In this document: positions 12,347 through 24,729 of the stretch, piece after piece | Position numbering within the stretch: position 1 is the first letter of the stretch | How the letters are laid out: each line of letters begins with the position of its first letter | NCBI GenBank assembly: GCA_964016885.1 | Contig: OZ024743.1 | Location: forward strand, 5,642,001 to 5,706,000 | Reading direction: 5' to 3' | DNA: 64,000 bases | From: Eledone cirrhosa | Lineage: Eukaryota | The notes under the pieces: model-generated | Databases searched by the model: none | What the model was told of the DNA's origin: nothing | The model's input: only the letters and a program-made list of their open reading frames with translations | Made by a program: the position numbers and the translations under genes

Positions 12347-15300
12347 ATAATAATAATAATGAAATTATTGTGTACAGTGCTCAGGTGCACTACAACTCAT
12401 CAAAGGTGCATGTATAGTACATAGAATAATGTACAAATGTCAGGAAAATGAACAGTGTATGAGTCATGATATAATAACAATAACAATAATGAAATATTGT
12501 GTACAGTGCCCAGGTGCACCACAACTCATCAAAAAAGTGCATGTACAGTACATAGGGCAATGCACAAACATCAGTAAAATGAACAGTGCACGAGTCATGA
12601 TACACACGTGTGCATGTGTATGGAAGGGGTACATCAGGTGTAGTTTTGGCGTATTTCGGGAAGCATGAGTGTCTTAAAGGATGCAGTGTCTCGGCAGCTA
12701 ACAATTGACGCAGGCAATTGTTCCATGCTTCAGCAACTCTGAGCGTGAAAAAATGTCTGCGAAAGTCATGGGAGCTGTGCTGTTTTCTGATCTTGTAGGT
12801 ATGTCCACGTGTGTTAGACACATGGAGATCAAAGAGGCGCTCAGGGTTGCAGTTGGCGAGATGGTTAAAAACTTTGTGGGTATTCACCAAGTCCATTGCC
12901 AGACGTCGGAGCTTCAATGAATCCATGCCCAGGGAAGCAAGGCGTTCAGAGTATGGTAGGTGTCTGATGGAGGGTATGTGCTTGGTTGCACGTCTCTGAA
13001 CAGTTTCCAGGAGGTCAATGTTCCGAGCAAGATAGGGGTTCCAGACTGATGATGCGAATTCCAAGTGTGGTCGCACCATAGCTGTATACGGTTTTAAATA
13101 GATGGCTGGAGAGCGGCTAACAAAGGTCTTGCTGAGTGATGCCAAGACACCCTCGGCCTTCTTGACAATCTTAGAGACATGCTTTGTCCAACGCAAATCG
13201 TTGCTGACAGTAATGCCCAGGTCACGTTCACAAGAGGACTTTTTGATGTCAGTTGTGGAGGGAGTATGTGGACGCTGGATTTTTCCTTCCAAAATGCATG
13301 GTGGTACACTTGTCCACAGCCAGCTTCAGTTGCCAGTCTGTGATCCATTGCTGCATTGTGTCCAGGTCTGATTGTAGGAAAGAGTTGTAAATTTCAGGAT
13401 CAGTCCTTTTGATTTCAAGGTACAGCTTGATGTCATCTGCATATTTTAGTACCGTGGCATTCTGTAAGTTGGCATCTATGTCATTAATATATGCCACAAA
13501 CAAAAGAGGACCAAGAACAGATCCCTGTGGTACACCAGATGACATCTCATATGGTGAAGAATGCTGTCCTAGAACCGTGACTACTTCCTTTCGGCTGAGA
13601 ATGAAGGATTTCAGCCAGTCGAAAAGATCATCCCTCACACCCATTGCAGAGAGTTTTGCCATAAGTCTTTTGTGTGGCACAGAATTAAAAGCCTTAGCAA
13701 AGTCAAGGTAAACAACATCCACCCATGAGCCGTTGTCAGTGATCCGGGTGATGTCCTCAAGGAACTCGATAAGCTGATCACAGCAGCTGGAGTTAGGGAT
13801 AAATCCAAACTGTGAGGGCCGGATGAGGCTGTGAGAGCTCCAGAAGTTCCAAAGTGTTTCTCTGACACAGGATTCCATCAGTTTGGCCATACAGCTAGTA
13901 AGACTGACTGGACGATAGTTGACAGGTGACATGCGGTTGCCCTTTTTGAACAGGGGAATGACACTGGCAGTTTTCCACTACTCCGGAGTAGCACCATTGC
14001 TGAGACAGAATTGAAAGAAGAAAGAAAGCTGGTGCAAAAGGAAGTACCCGCCACGTTTGAGAAGCAGGTATGTCACACCATCAAGACCAGGGGAGGCATA
14101 GTTGCGCTTATTCTTAAGGTGACGTCGCAACATTGCAGGTGTAAATTCCATAGTTGTTATGGAATTTGATGTTAGAGATGGTGCAGATGGTACATTCTGG
14201 TTTTCAACCGTAAAAATACTTGCATAGCACTCAGCAATGAGTTCTGCGCATTCCTTGGGATCGTCAGTGATCTGGCTTGTGTGGGGATTGCGAAGAGGAC
14301 CAACTGGAGAGTGAGGTCTCTGCTTTGAATGAACATATTTCCAGAACACCTTACTGTCAGGATTGGTTGCGATGCACTGTTCAAATTCAAGCACTGCCTT
14401 CTTTGTCACTTGCTTGAGATGGTTAGAAGATTTATTCCGCTTTTTTCTGTTGGCATCTGAGCTATGCAGTTTATATTCCCGTTCAGCGTTCCGACGTTCT
14501 TTCCTGGCAAGTCGGACCGCTGAAGTTTCCCAGATTGCACTTTTGGGGTGGTTATTTTTCCGCTTCCGTGGCACTGATGCTGCACATGCTATCCATATTG
14601 AGTCCAGGATGCTCTGGAGTATAGAGTTCACATCTCCAGAGTTATACATCTCATGCCAGTTTGGGCGCTGTAGCTCAGTGCAGTACAAGTTCCAATCCGC
14701 CCTCTTCCAATCAAAGCAAGCAGATTGGAGATGGCTCTGGTTTTTGTTGCTGCCCTCAAGTGCCAGATTGGCAATGATCATAGCATGATCAGAGTCGCCT
14801 AGAGGTTCCTCAGTAGTACAACTGATAACCACTTCAGGAGTAGTGGTGAAGATCAGGTCCAAAGTGTTGTCACCTCTTGTTGGAGAGGTGACTACTTGTG
14901 ACCAGTTTGAGTCCAGCACTAGTTCAAGGAAATCGTTTGCACCCTGTGGCCAACGAAAGGTTTCCCAATCGATCTCAGGATGATTGAAGTCACCTGCAAT
15001 AAACACATAAGTGGCTGTTTTCTTGGCAGCAACTCTGAGGATATCGCAAAGCTGTGTGTCCTGATGGTAGTTTGGGGGGCGATAAACAACACCAAGCAGA
15101 AGTGTTGACATGGTCATACGTATGTCACAGAAAAAAACTTCTTCATGTGATTCGTTCAAATCAACGCAAGGAATTACCGAAAAGTTTGAACAAACGTAGA
15201 CCATCACACCACCACCACGGCGGTTAATGCGGTCCTTGCGGAAAAGGTTGTACCCAGTAATGGTGAAAACCCCATCACAGAGTAAGGAATGTGCCCATGT

Positions 15301-15488
15301 TTCCGTGACTGTGATGAAGTCAGGGTCGATGCTTCTGACGTAGGATTCGAACAGATGTATCTTGTTGCATAAACTGCAAGCATTTAAGGACAACAATTTG
15401 TACCCTGCTCGCAGTTTATGATGGTGTGTAGAGGGTGGCAGGTTGTTCTGGTTTAGAATACATGCCTTCTGGACAGTTCATTGCAGAG
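12347..15488 (-). mobile_element. CR1-clade LINE, nearly complete ORF2 (APE endonuclease + RT), one nonsense codon (13978) and one frameshift (~13250)
   Basis: APE motifs VTETW, GDFN, LDLIF, SDH; RT motifs QFGF, DFAKAF, GVPQGSVLGP, KYADD; CR1-type C-terminus TRGH..K...FF..RV..AWN; (ATT)n tail; 5' boundary approximate. Confidence 0.95.
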
Positions 15489-16970
15489 TTAAACCTTCAG
15501 ATACTCCTGGTACTCGTTTTTAGCTGAATATATATGAAGTGTTTTGCTCAAGAACACAACACCTAACCCAACTAACGATTGTAAGTCCAACACCCTTACC
15601 ATTAGGCCACCTGCCTTCACGGGAAACATACAAGGAGGAAAGTAACATAACTCTGTTTTGCCAAAAATGGATAGCACAAAAGAACAGTTGTAAGAATCCC
15701 TGGCATTTCTAATGACTGGGGAAATGCATATGGAAGCATATACCTGTTCTCTAGGATCAAGGTGACAGACGAAGTTGGTGTGTCTACAGGCTGGTGCCAT
15801 ATTAGAAGGGGTAATGAAATACAAGAGGCTAGGGAAGTTGATCATTCGTTTGTCCATACCTTTGCAGCATAATACAGGAAAATGGAGGTAACATGAAATA
15901 ACATGGTTAAATGGGGCTTGCATTACTTGATAATAGAGTGGGAAGCAGTAAGATTAGTGTGGCAAAGTAGAAAGCTCAGTTGCTTCTACATGTAGCTGTA
16001 AGAGCCACTGGAGCACTTTCTGCCCAGTAGAGTCAGAAAATCAGTGGAAAAAACAATAGATCTATAGCTGCAGCTCTGAAGCTAAATGAAAAATTCACCT
16101 TGTCCTCAGTGGCTTCCCAGATTGCAAAGCAGTTTGTCAGTGACAGTCAAATGTTGAGGAAAAGTGTTTGGAATGATTGTGGCATACTTTCCCTCATAAA
16201 TGTAGAGAAGAATATAGTTTGGAAAAGCTATTATAAGAATGTGTGAGAGAAAGACGGGCTACCCCAAGTAGACCCAACAGCTATGGAGGTTGACAGTTAT
16301 ACAAAATGACTATTAAGGATATAAAGATAGAGACAGTTGCTGAAATCTAAGTGGAGGGAAGCGACATTGGGCAGAAGTGATGAAAGCTGATGTCAGGATA
16401 CTAAACCTCACAAAGAATATGAAAAAGGAGCACAAGTGGTACTATATTTGAGAGGACCCATGTAAGTATAAAAAATGAACTTAAAAAAATATAGATGTTG
16501 CTTTTTCTACATAAAATTTCAAAAGGCATCTAATTCCTTTTGCTCTAATAGTAAGGCTAAGATTCTAATTCATTAGGAAAACTATTTCCCTAAGGGTAAG
16601 GACAGGTATTGCTGCAGATTGCTTATAAAACAACTCATGTTTTGTTGCTAGAAAAACATCTAAATTGTCATTTTAGACTTTAATTTTAATATTTTCTATC
16701 AATCTCCTTATAATATATAACCAGCAATTTCTCTGTCTGTCCGACAGTGGAAACACGTGCGCGCGTGGTTGCTATCTCTCTCTCTCTCCAGCTATCCCTC
16801 TCTTTTAGTCTGTCTGTTTCTCTCACTCTCACTCTTTCTCTTTGTAACACACTAACATTCCTCCCCTCTATCGCTGTGACGAATGGGGAGATGGAGGAGA
16901 GAGTCACTTCGTCACTTCACCTCTGCCTTTCTTTCTCTCACCTCTCACTCCCTCATTATGTACAGACATT

Positions 16971-17163
16971 AGGGCGGTGGATTGGCAGAATCTGTAGAGA
17001 GTCGGACACCATGCTTCATAGCATGGAGTTACGTCCCTTTACGGTCTGAGTTCAAATACCGCCGAGGTTAACTTTGCCTTTCATCCTCACGGGGTCGATA
17101 AAATAAAGTACCAGTAATGTACTGGGTAATTGCTGGCCTTGTGCCAAAAGTAGAAACAATTAT
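16971..17163 (+). mobile_element. tRNA-derived SINE (family A), full length
   Basis: A-box TGGCAGAATC, B-box GAGTTCAAATAC, core CTTTCATCC..GGGGTCGATAAAATAAAGTACCAG, tail GTAGAAACAATTATTA; more than 10 copies or fragments in the window. Confidence 0.85.
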
Positions 17164-17282
17164 TAGAAACATTGCTTCATTTTTACATATCCAAGCATTA
17201 GTAAAATAACTAATAATTTCAAAAGTAATTTTTCAATTCCAATTGTTATGAACAGCAAAACATTAATAATAATTTTGTTCTA

Positions 17283-17565
17283 AGAAATATATATACATTT
17301 CTGTGTGTGTAATATATATATATATATACACACAGAAATATATATACATTTCTGTGTGTGTAATATATATATATATACACACAGAAATATATATACATTT
17401 CTGTGTGTGTAATATATATATATATACACACAGAAATATATATACATTTCTGTGTGTGTAATATATATATACACACAGAAATATATATACATTTCTGTGT
17501 GTGTAATTTATATATATATATATATATACACACACAGAAATATATATACATTTCTGTGTGTGTAA
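17283..17565. repeat. ~48-bp palindromic minisatellite (CACACAGAAAT-ATATATAC-ATTTCTGTGTGTG-(TA)n), ~6 units
   Basis: Direct reading. Confidence 0.92.
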
Positions 17566-17703
17566 TCATCATCATCATCATCATCAACGTTTAACGTCCG
17601 TGTTCTACGCTTGCATGGGTTTGGACGGGGGTTTTCCCACTTGAGGCAAGAGTGATTGTCTTGCTCGCATAGGAAAACCGCCCACCGGGTGGTTTTCTGC
17701 TAG

Positions 17704-18499
17704 TCTATATACATAAATGGCAATTTCTGTCTGTTTGTTTGTGAACCTTAAACTCAAAAACTACCAAACAGATCTTGATGAAACTTGACACGTGTGTGGG
17801 GATCATGCCCATTTGATTTCTTATCTACATTTCATTTTAATCAAAGGGTTCGCCGGGGTTCGAACCCCCTCTTAATTTTTTCCCTTCGATTTATATGAAA
17901 TTTAAACCATAGGTAAATGACAAGATATGATGCCTATTCACAAACTTTCAGCAAATTTCAATAATATTAAGACACCCTAATGGGGGTTAAACCCCCTATA
18001 GTGAAAATTTTGGCCAATAAATGAAACAAGATTTCACAAACTCCTCCTATGGTTTTGGAGATAGACCCCCATAACCATATATATTCTGAAACTACATTGC
18101 CCAGGGTACTTGGATAAGTATATTTCATTTTAATGAAAGGGTTCCCCTGGGGCACAAAACCTCCGCTGGAAATTGTTTCCCTTCGATTTATATGAAATTT
18201 AAACCATAGGTTAATGACAAGATATGATGCCTATTCACAAACTTTCAGCAATGAAACCCCCTAATGGGGGTTCTATTTTTTTCCTTATAGCAACACTCAA
18301 CTTCTCTGACAAATATTTTTTCGCCTGACCAATCCAGTCAACAATATTTGTTTGTATTATTGTTGCGTAAATGAATTTGTCTTCGCTTTTCATTATCTGT
18401 CCTATATTTTGATTTCATTTTTGGTCTGAGAGGCATTGGGCATTTTAATGGGAACTGGGAATATCCCTGCTCCTGGGTATTACCGGGTACTTCAGCTAG
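17704..18499 (+). mobile_element. Non-autonomous Helitron with internal duplication
   Basis: Starts TCTATATAC...CTGTCTGTTTGTTTGT; ends with a GC hairpin CCTGGGTATTACCGGG + TACTTCAG-CTAG|T; 17881-17954 is repeated at 18178-18252. Confidence 0.75.
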
Positions 18500-18718
18500 T
18501 ATCTAAATTAAAACTATTTCTTACCTCTGACCACAGATTTGATTTGTAGAAGAGAATCATAGTAAAGTGAATTGAGCCCAAGTATATTTCTGGTATTTAT
18601 TTTGAGACTCTTGAATGATGAAAAGCAAAATAAAAATCTGGCTGAATTTGAACTGAATTTTCAGTACCTAAATAAATAACTTTAAAAAAAGCAAGTATTG
18701 TCATCAAACTAGATTTAA

Positions 18719-18926
18719 CCCTTTAGCATTTAAACCAGCTGTATCCGGCCAGAAATTTCTCACCTCAATCTGTTCAAACTGGCCATAATTGGCCACTCAT
18801 ACTGATGTAAAAGTATTGTTCTCAAAATAAATAATATCAATATCTCATACATTCGATATTATGTGAGATAAAATGTTTACCATGAAAATGCAATAGTATA
18901 TAGAGAGTAATGTAAATGGTAAAGGG
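18719..18926. mobile_element. piggyBac-type MITE just downstream of the stop codon of the Ig-like gene
   Basis: TTAA-CCCTTTAGCATT ... AATGGTAAAGGG-TTAA. Confidence 0.85.
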
Positions 18927-18936
18927 TTAAGATAAC

Positions 18937-19520
18937 CTAGTTTGGTGATAATGTATAGTGGAGAACTTCAGGGCATGACGCAGAATGGTTTTTTTCATAA
19001 TACTCATTGTAAGGGACAAGCGAATCCTTTTTCTTTTCAACATATTCTTCACTAAAATCACTGTCACTGGAAGCCAGAGTGAAACATGAGACTCCAGGGT
19101 CCCAGTTTTGTAGAGCATCTGTGTTATTAACAAAAGAAATTATTGGCTTATTAGACTTGTATGTAACTTTAGCAAATGGAGTGTCTCCTTCAAACAACAT
19201 TTCTCCATTTAAGAGAATACTTGGTCTGGTGTGTGGTTTATATTCTGCCTCTGCTTCCTCATCAATTAGCTTGTTAGTCTCCTTTTCAACATCGTCTGGT
19301 TTATTTTCTGTAACTGAAGATTTTCTTGCCCTCTTTTTACGGAACTTATTAAAGATGCAAATAATAATCTTCAAGGTTATAATAATGCCTAGCACACAAA
19401 GTATGAAAACCAAAATGCTTAAAACTTTTTTCAGGTGTTCCAATTTTTTTTTTGCATTACGAGTCTCTCCAAGCTCTTCGTATGTAGCAAAGAAATTGGT
19501 TGAGCATTCAACTGAGGTCT
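18937..19520 (-). CDS. Orphan type-I membrane protein, exon 3 (stalk, TM helix, Tyr-rich cytoplasmic tail, stop)
   Basis: Acceptor ttttgtttcAG, phase 1; open through ETSVECSTNFF...VLSILVFILCVLGIIITLKIIICIF-NKFRKKRARK (TM + basic stop-transfer) to TAG at 18937. Confidence 0.8.
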
Positions 19521-20380
19521 CTGAAACAAAATGAAATCATTAAGAGGATTATCAAAACAAATATAGAATAATCATTTCTAACTTTGGCACAAGGCCAATA
19601 ATTTGTGTGTGTCGGGGGGGGGGGGGGGAATAATTACATTGACCACCAGTAAATGACTGGTATTTTATTTTATGGACCCCATAATGAGGAAAGGTAAAGC
19701 TGACCTCAGCTGAATTTAGAACATACAAGGTCATAACTAAATGCTGCAAAGCATTTTGTCTGACGTTCTAACAATTCTGCAAATCCACAAGCCTCAAACA
19801 GATATAAAATGATATCAGTTTTTAAAATATGCACAAAATACAAACAAAAATAACTTAATAATAAACAAAAAACACAATACCAACAAAGAGTTGTTCTCAA
19901 TAATAGGCCAATCAAAGGACCCTACAGATTCTGAATTACCCAGATTACCAAGGACAAGTACTTACTCCCAATTGCCATTTATCATCCTTCTTACGCACTC
20001 TTCCTGTTCCCCTCTCCTCCATAATGTACAGAGGGCTCAATAATTGATAGACTCTTTAGTGCAGGCACCACAACAAAATGCACCCAAAATATTCTGTGAA
20101 GTGGTTGATGAGAGGAAGAGGATCCAGCAGTAGAAGCCCTGCCAAAAAAAGGTTTGAGAGAAATCTTCAGTTGTATCAGAGGCATAACAACCTCTTTAGT
20201 GCTCATGGCATTATGAAATGCACCAAGTGAACTATGTAGACTACAGGAACATATGTGAGATGAGATTTGGCTCCTAGCTCATCTGAGATCAGTAGCTCTA
20301 ATTAAGTACTGACTGGGTCTGGGACGACCTGTTCAACATTTACTAGCAGGGAAAATGGACATTAAATGATTATGTATGCA

Positions 20381-20427
<47 letters not shown>

Positions 20428-21750
20428 GCCAACTGTCTGAAACTGAAACTGGGGACAACTTACACTATCCCTATAGGTTAACCTAATGAAAACTAAGTAT
20501 GATCTCTCAATAACCTGCTGTGGTTTGTTCAGGTTCACATTGGTTAATTTGGAAAATCCAAGTGATACCTCTTAGACAATTGGAAATGGTTCAGCAGGTT
20601 TTCAAGACCTTTACATTTCTGTCTCCAACAGAATCACTGCATAAGTCTAAGATGCCATTCCAGTCACTCAATAACACTAATGAGTGAGATATTTCTAGGA
20701 GAGCTTTTAGACACATGAACAAATCTGGCCTTCCAGCCCTTGATTGGGTGTAAATGCTTATTTGTCTGTAAACTACAATATCCACAGGTGTTCACAAGGA
20801 CTACCATATAAACTCTGTAGATCCATACTTTTCTAAAACAGTACTGCCATGCTACTTAACCCAGGCTAGCTGAAAAATGCATAGATCTCCTTAAGTCAGA
20901 TAAGAAAATAAGCAGACGTTTCTCAGAAATGTCGGTTTCACTGATGGCTATCATATCTAGATTTAGTGACCTGAGATCTTTCAGCTTGTGTACTTGTCAA
21001 CCCCAGACCAGCTATATATATTCTTCTTACAAAGTGGATGATTGAGTAAATAGAATAGCAGACATCCAGCTGTGCTTAGCGCTCCATATACAATCATCAG
21101 AAGTAGATAGTGTCTGTAGCCAAGAGACTTAACTTTCAATAAATCGTTTTAGTGATCAACAGAAGCCCTCTAAAATCAAGGTTTTGAAGCTTTCAGTACA
21201 ATCATTAACTTCTTCTATGAATCTGGACAAGGTGATAGAGAAAAGAAAATCTGTCACAGTACTCAGCAAATCAGAAACCCTAATCATTTTCCTTAGCCCC
21301 TGCAGTGGATTTTTATTCCAGGCCAAATGTGCTGAGTGAAGGCACGTGGCTGGGTGGTTAGAGAATTAGATGCGCAATTGTGAGGTTGTGATTTCAATTC
21401 CCAGACCGGGTGATGCGTTATGTCCTTGAACAGGATACTTTATTTCATGTTGCTCCTTTTGCCTGGATTAGTATTAGCAATTGGAAAGATCAATGGAAAC
21501 ATTGTTTCCTCAGTCCGATTTGACAAGCTCCACCCCACTTGTTAAGCGAATGAGGTCTGGGATCTTGTCTGACAGGTGTGCAGTAGCCCATCCTCCATAA
21601 CATTTACCATGTTCTGCCATTGACCATTACTTTATTGATGAATTTCAGATTAATCGTTTTTTTATTCTGAAATTGATAACATTTAAAAATAGATAATTAC
21701 ATTTAATATTAAATTTAAAAAAATAAGATTTATTTCAAAATTATATTTAC

Positions 21751-22071
21751 CTTTTTTTATTGGAAGATGACAAGTGGCTGTAAATGTCTGCAAGTTGCAT
21801 AAAGCTCGGCAGCTAAAAACCTCTGCTGTGCCTTTGTTTCTAATATCTAGTTTGGAATAATATCCATTGTGAAATGTAGGTTTTTTACTGATGTCAATAA
21901 CTGCTTCTGTATGAGTATTTCCATTTATCTCTTGCACCCACCAGATATGTTGACATTTGAAATGTGTGTCAGTTAAGTTTGTTATTTTACAGTTTAAGGA
22001 TTGTATGCTACTATTGTTATTTCCAGAAGATTTTGTTACAGTAATCACTATTTGTATTTGTGCTTGTGCAT
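21751..22071 (-). CDS. Orphan type-I membrane protein, exon 2 (Ig-like domain)
   Basis: cattttTAG acceptor, G|GTAAAT donor, 321 nt, phase 1-1; LNC...IWW...YYSKLDI...FSCRA has Ig B/C/E/F-strand spacing. Confidence 0.78.
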
Positions 22072-23380
22072 CTAAAAATGATAAAAATAAAGAGCCATGT
22101 TTATTTGAATTTATAAAGAAATTTACTCAGTAACAAATGTTGGCTTTGCTTTATCTTTCAACATATTTTATTGAAGAAATATCTCACCTTCATTTCATTT
22201 TAGAACTTCTTTGATTTTTTTACATTAATTAACCTATATGGAATAGGCAATAACACTAAAGATATAAATCTATGATTTTAGTAAGGTATCCTAGATGCTC
22301 ATTGACACCGAACATATTAAAACCCAAAGATATATTTTTCATATCCCTAATTCCTGCCATAGAATTGAGTTGATATGATGTCAAACTGTAGCGAAATCTC
22401 AACACATTTTCCTATGATGGTTTTCTTAGACCACCACAAACAACTTTAAGATTGACCTACGACCTCAGAGCCACAAATTTAGATAACATTCTCTGGTGGC
22501 AGGACTGATAGTGCCAATTATATGCAGGGAGAACAATAGAAAAATTTCCCTTGTAAAGATCAGTCTGCTTTTCGTCTCTGGAAAAGAGAGTCTGCTGCCC
22601 GACTCTGAGAGAGACATCTTGTTCATTCATCCTTGCAATGTAGCCACATACACAATCGCATAAACTTGTTAGCCAGCCTTGCTGAGAAAATTTACCAACA
22701 CAGTTCAATCTAATATTACAACATTTGCACACGACACACTACAACTATATATGCATTATTTGTCTGTTGTTCATTGCTGCATATGATTTCAAAGTAAATC
22801 AATGTTACAAAAAAATATTAAAATTAATGGCGTCTTGTTCATTTGTTATTTTTTATTCAATGGATATGGGAAAATCAAATCCTCCCATGTTAATATCACT
22901 TCACACCACAGCAAGCAAGTACAACTTCTTGTTTCTTCAAACATGGCAAGGCTTCTCTCGATTCTCTCAGATCAATTTCACTTACTTCACTTGACCAAGC
23001 TACTCACTCATCAACTTCACCCTTCATCACTATTACTACTACAAATGAAAAAAAAACAATAGAACAAATCAACCAAACCAACAGTTAACACAACACCACT
23101 AAAAGACTACCAGTGAAAGAGTGCATAATCTGCTTCAGCACTGCATTGTATTCATGATTAATGTGGTTGGTGATAGGAAGGGCATCCAGCTGTAAAAACC
23201 GCAGCCAAATTTACAGTCCTTGTCGGAGCAAGGTATGGTGTGGCCAATTCTGGCCAGACTTGTCACCCTTCTAATCCATGCAAGCATGGAAAAATGGACA
23301 CTAATTGGTAATGGTGATGATGATGATTTATGTTTAAATAGGTACCATAAGGCCTTGTTTCAGTGGGTTACCAGGGACAA

Positions 23381-23411
<31 letters not shown>

Positions 23412-24247
23412 TTTTCAAACGTCTATGTTTTATTTTTTGTTTATTTGATATAATAAATTTCTTTTTAAGCTTTTTTTTTATATCTGAACTTCATTTGAAT
23501 ATATAAAATTTAATTAGTGTAAAATCTTATTTATGTGATAGGGTCCAGGAAAGGCTCCATAAGCAATACTAACATGCTCCTTTAAGAATCACAAATGTTG
23601 TTTTGTCCCCCTTACATTTTTAAGGCAAATGAGGCTCTGGTAGGGTAGTCTAGGTACAATTTGTTATTGTAAGCAGCAAAGTAGTAGGAACATGTTATAA
23701 CTCTTTAGTTGTGCTTCATGACATGACTAAATCAAACAGCATAACAAAAAACAAAAAACAAACGTTTCCTGTCATATAGTCAATAGTTAAAGTGATGATA
23801 AAATAAGGTGTGTTACTATGTGAGTTTAAGTTAAAGTGAGATAGAAATTTTATCCTCCCAATGTAAAATAATCCATAGAATTTAGTAATTTGAAACTAAA
23901 CCTTATCTCTCAGATATTAAAAAAAACTCTATTTCTACACCTGTTTGTGTGTGTGTGTCTTGGAAAGGAATATAAATTATCATATCACAAATGTAGTTTG
24001 AAATACTTCAAAACTGAAATTTGTGATCAGTGGTATCGAAGTAATTCAATCTTCATTCACATTGAATTTTTTCTTTACATCCCTTAAATTCCTTAGAATC
24101 AAACCACTCTGACCTGTCATTTCATGAGTGCCATGACAAAACAAATCTTTACATAAAAATCTTTCAGATTTTAGATCAACTTTTCTTCATTTTATATTTT
24201 TGTTGTAAAATAGTAGTAAATTCCTACAAAGCCATATTTAATAATAA

Positions 24248-24436
24248 TTGTTTATACTTTTGGCACAAGGCCAGCAATTATCCCAGTGTATTACTGGTAC
24301 TTTATTTTATCGACCCTGTAAGGATGAAAGGCATAGTTAACCTCGGCAGGATTAACTTTGCCTTACAGAGTCGATAAAATAAAGTACCAGTAATACACTG
24401 GGATAATTGCTGGCCTTGTGCAAAAAGTAGAAACAA
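24248..24436. mobile_element. Inverted pair of SINE-A 3' halves forming a ~190-nt palindrome
   Basis: TTGTTTATACTTTTGGCACAAGGCC...TCGACCCTGTAAGG mirrored by CCTTACAGAGTCGA...GGCCTTGTGCAAAAAGTAGAAACAA. Confidence 0.88.
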
Positions 24437-24729
24437 AATAATAATAATAATGAAAATTATTGTATACAGTACTCAGGTGCACTACAACTCATCATATAGT
24501 ATAGTACATAGAATAATGTGCAAATATCAGGAAAGTGAACAGTGTATACACAGATACATCATATACACAGATACATTGTGCAATTTCAATTTTTGTTTCA
24601 GCTAGATGTTGAAATCTTCTGAACAAGTAGAAGTCAAATAAATCACATGCATAATCAAGCAGGTAACACGTGATGGGGTCATACCAAAAGACTTGCACAG
24701 CAGTATACTTATTAGTTGTTACAATGAAA

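Larger units (their letters stand above)
16704..17703 (+). mobile_element. Putative non-autonomous Helitron carrying a nested SINE and a minisatellite
   Basis: 5' TCTCCTTATAATATATAA...CTGTCTGTCC; 3' hairpin GAAAACCGCCC-acc-GGGTGGTTTTC followed by CTAG; linking the two ends is inferred. Confidence 0.5.

Noticed and set aside
17246-17594. Repetitive YI/THTE ORFs
   Set aside because: Minisatellite translations
18937-19340. Canonical ITIM/ITAM motifs in the receptor tail
   Set aside because: The tyrosines (AEYKPH, VTYKSN, EEYVEK, VPYNEYY, LHYTLS) do not fit (I/V/L/S)xYxx(L/V) or paired YxxL spacing
19079-19534. 151-aa plus-strand ORF
   Set aside because: Antisense shadow of the TM/cytoplasmic exon; no motifs
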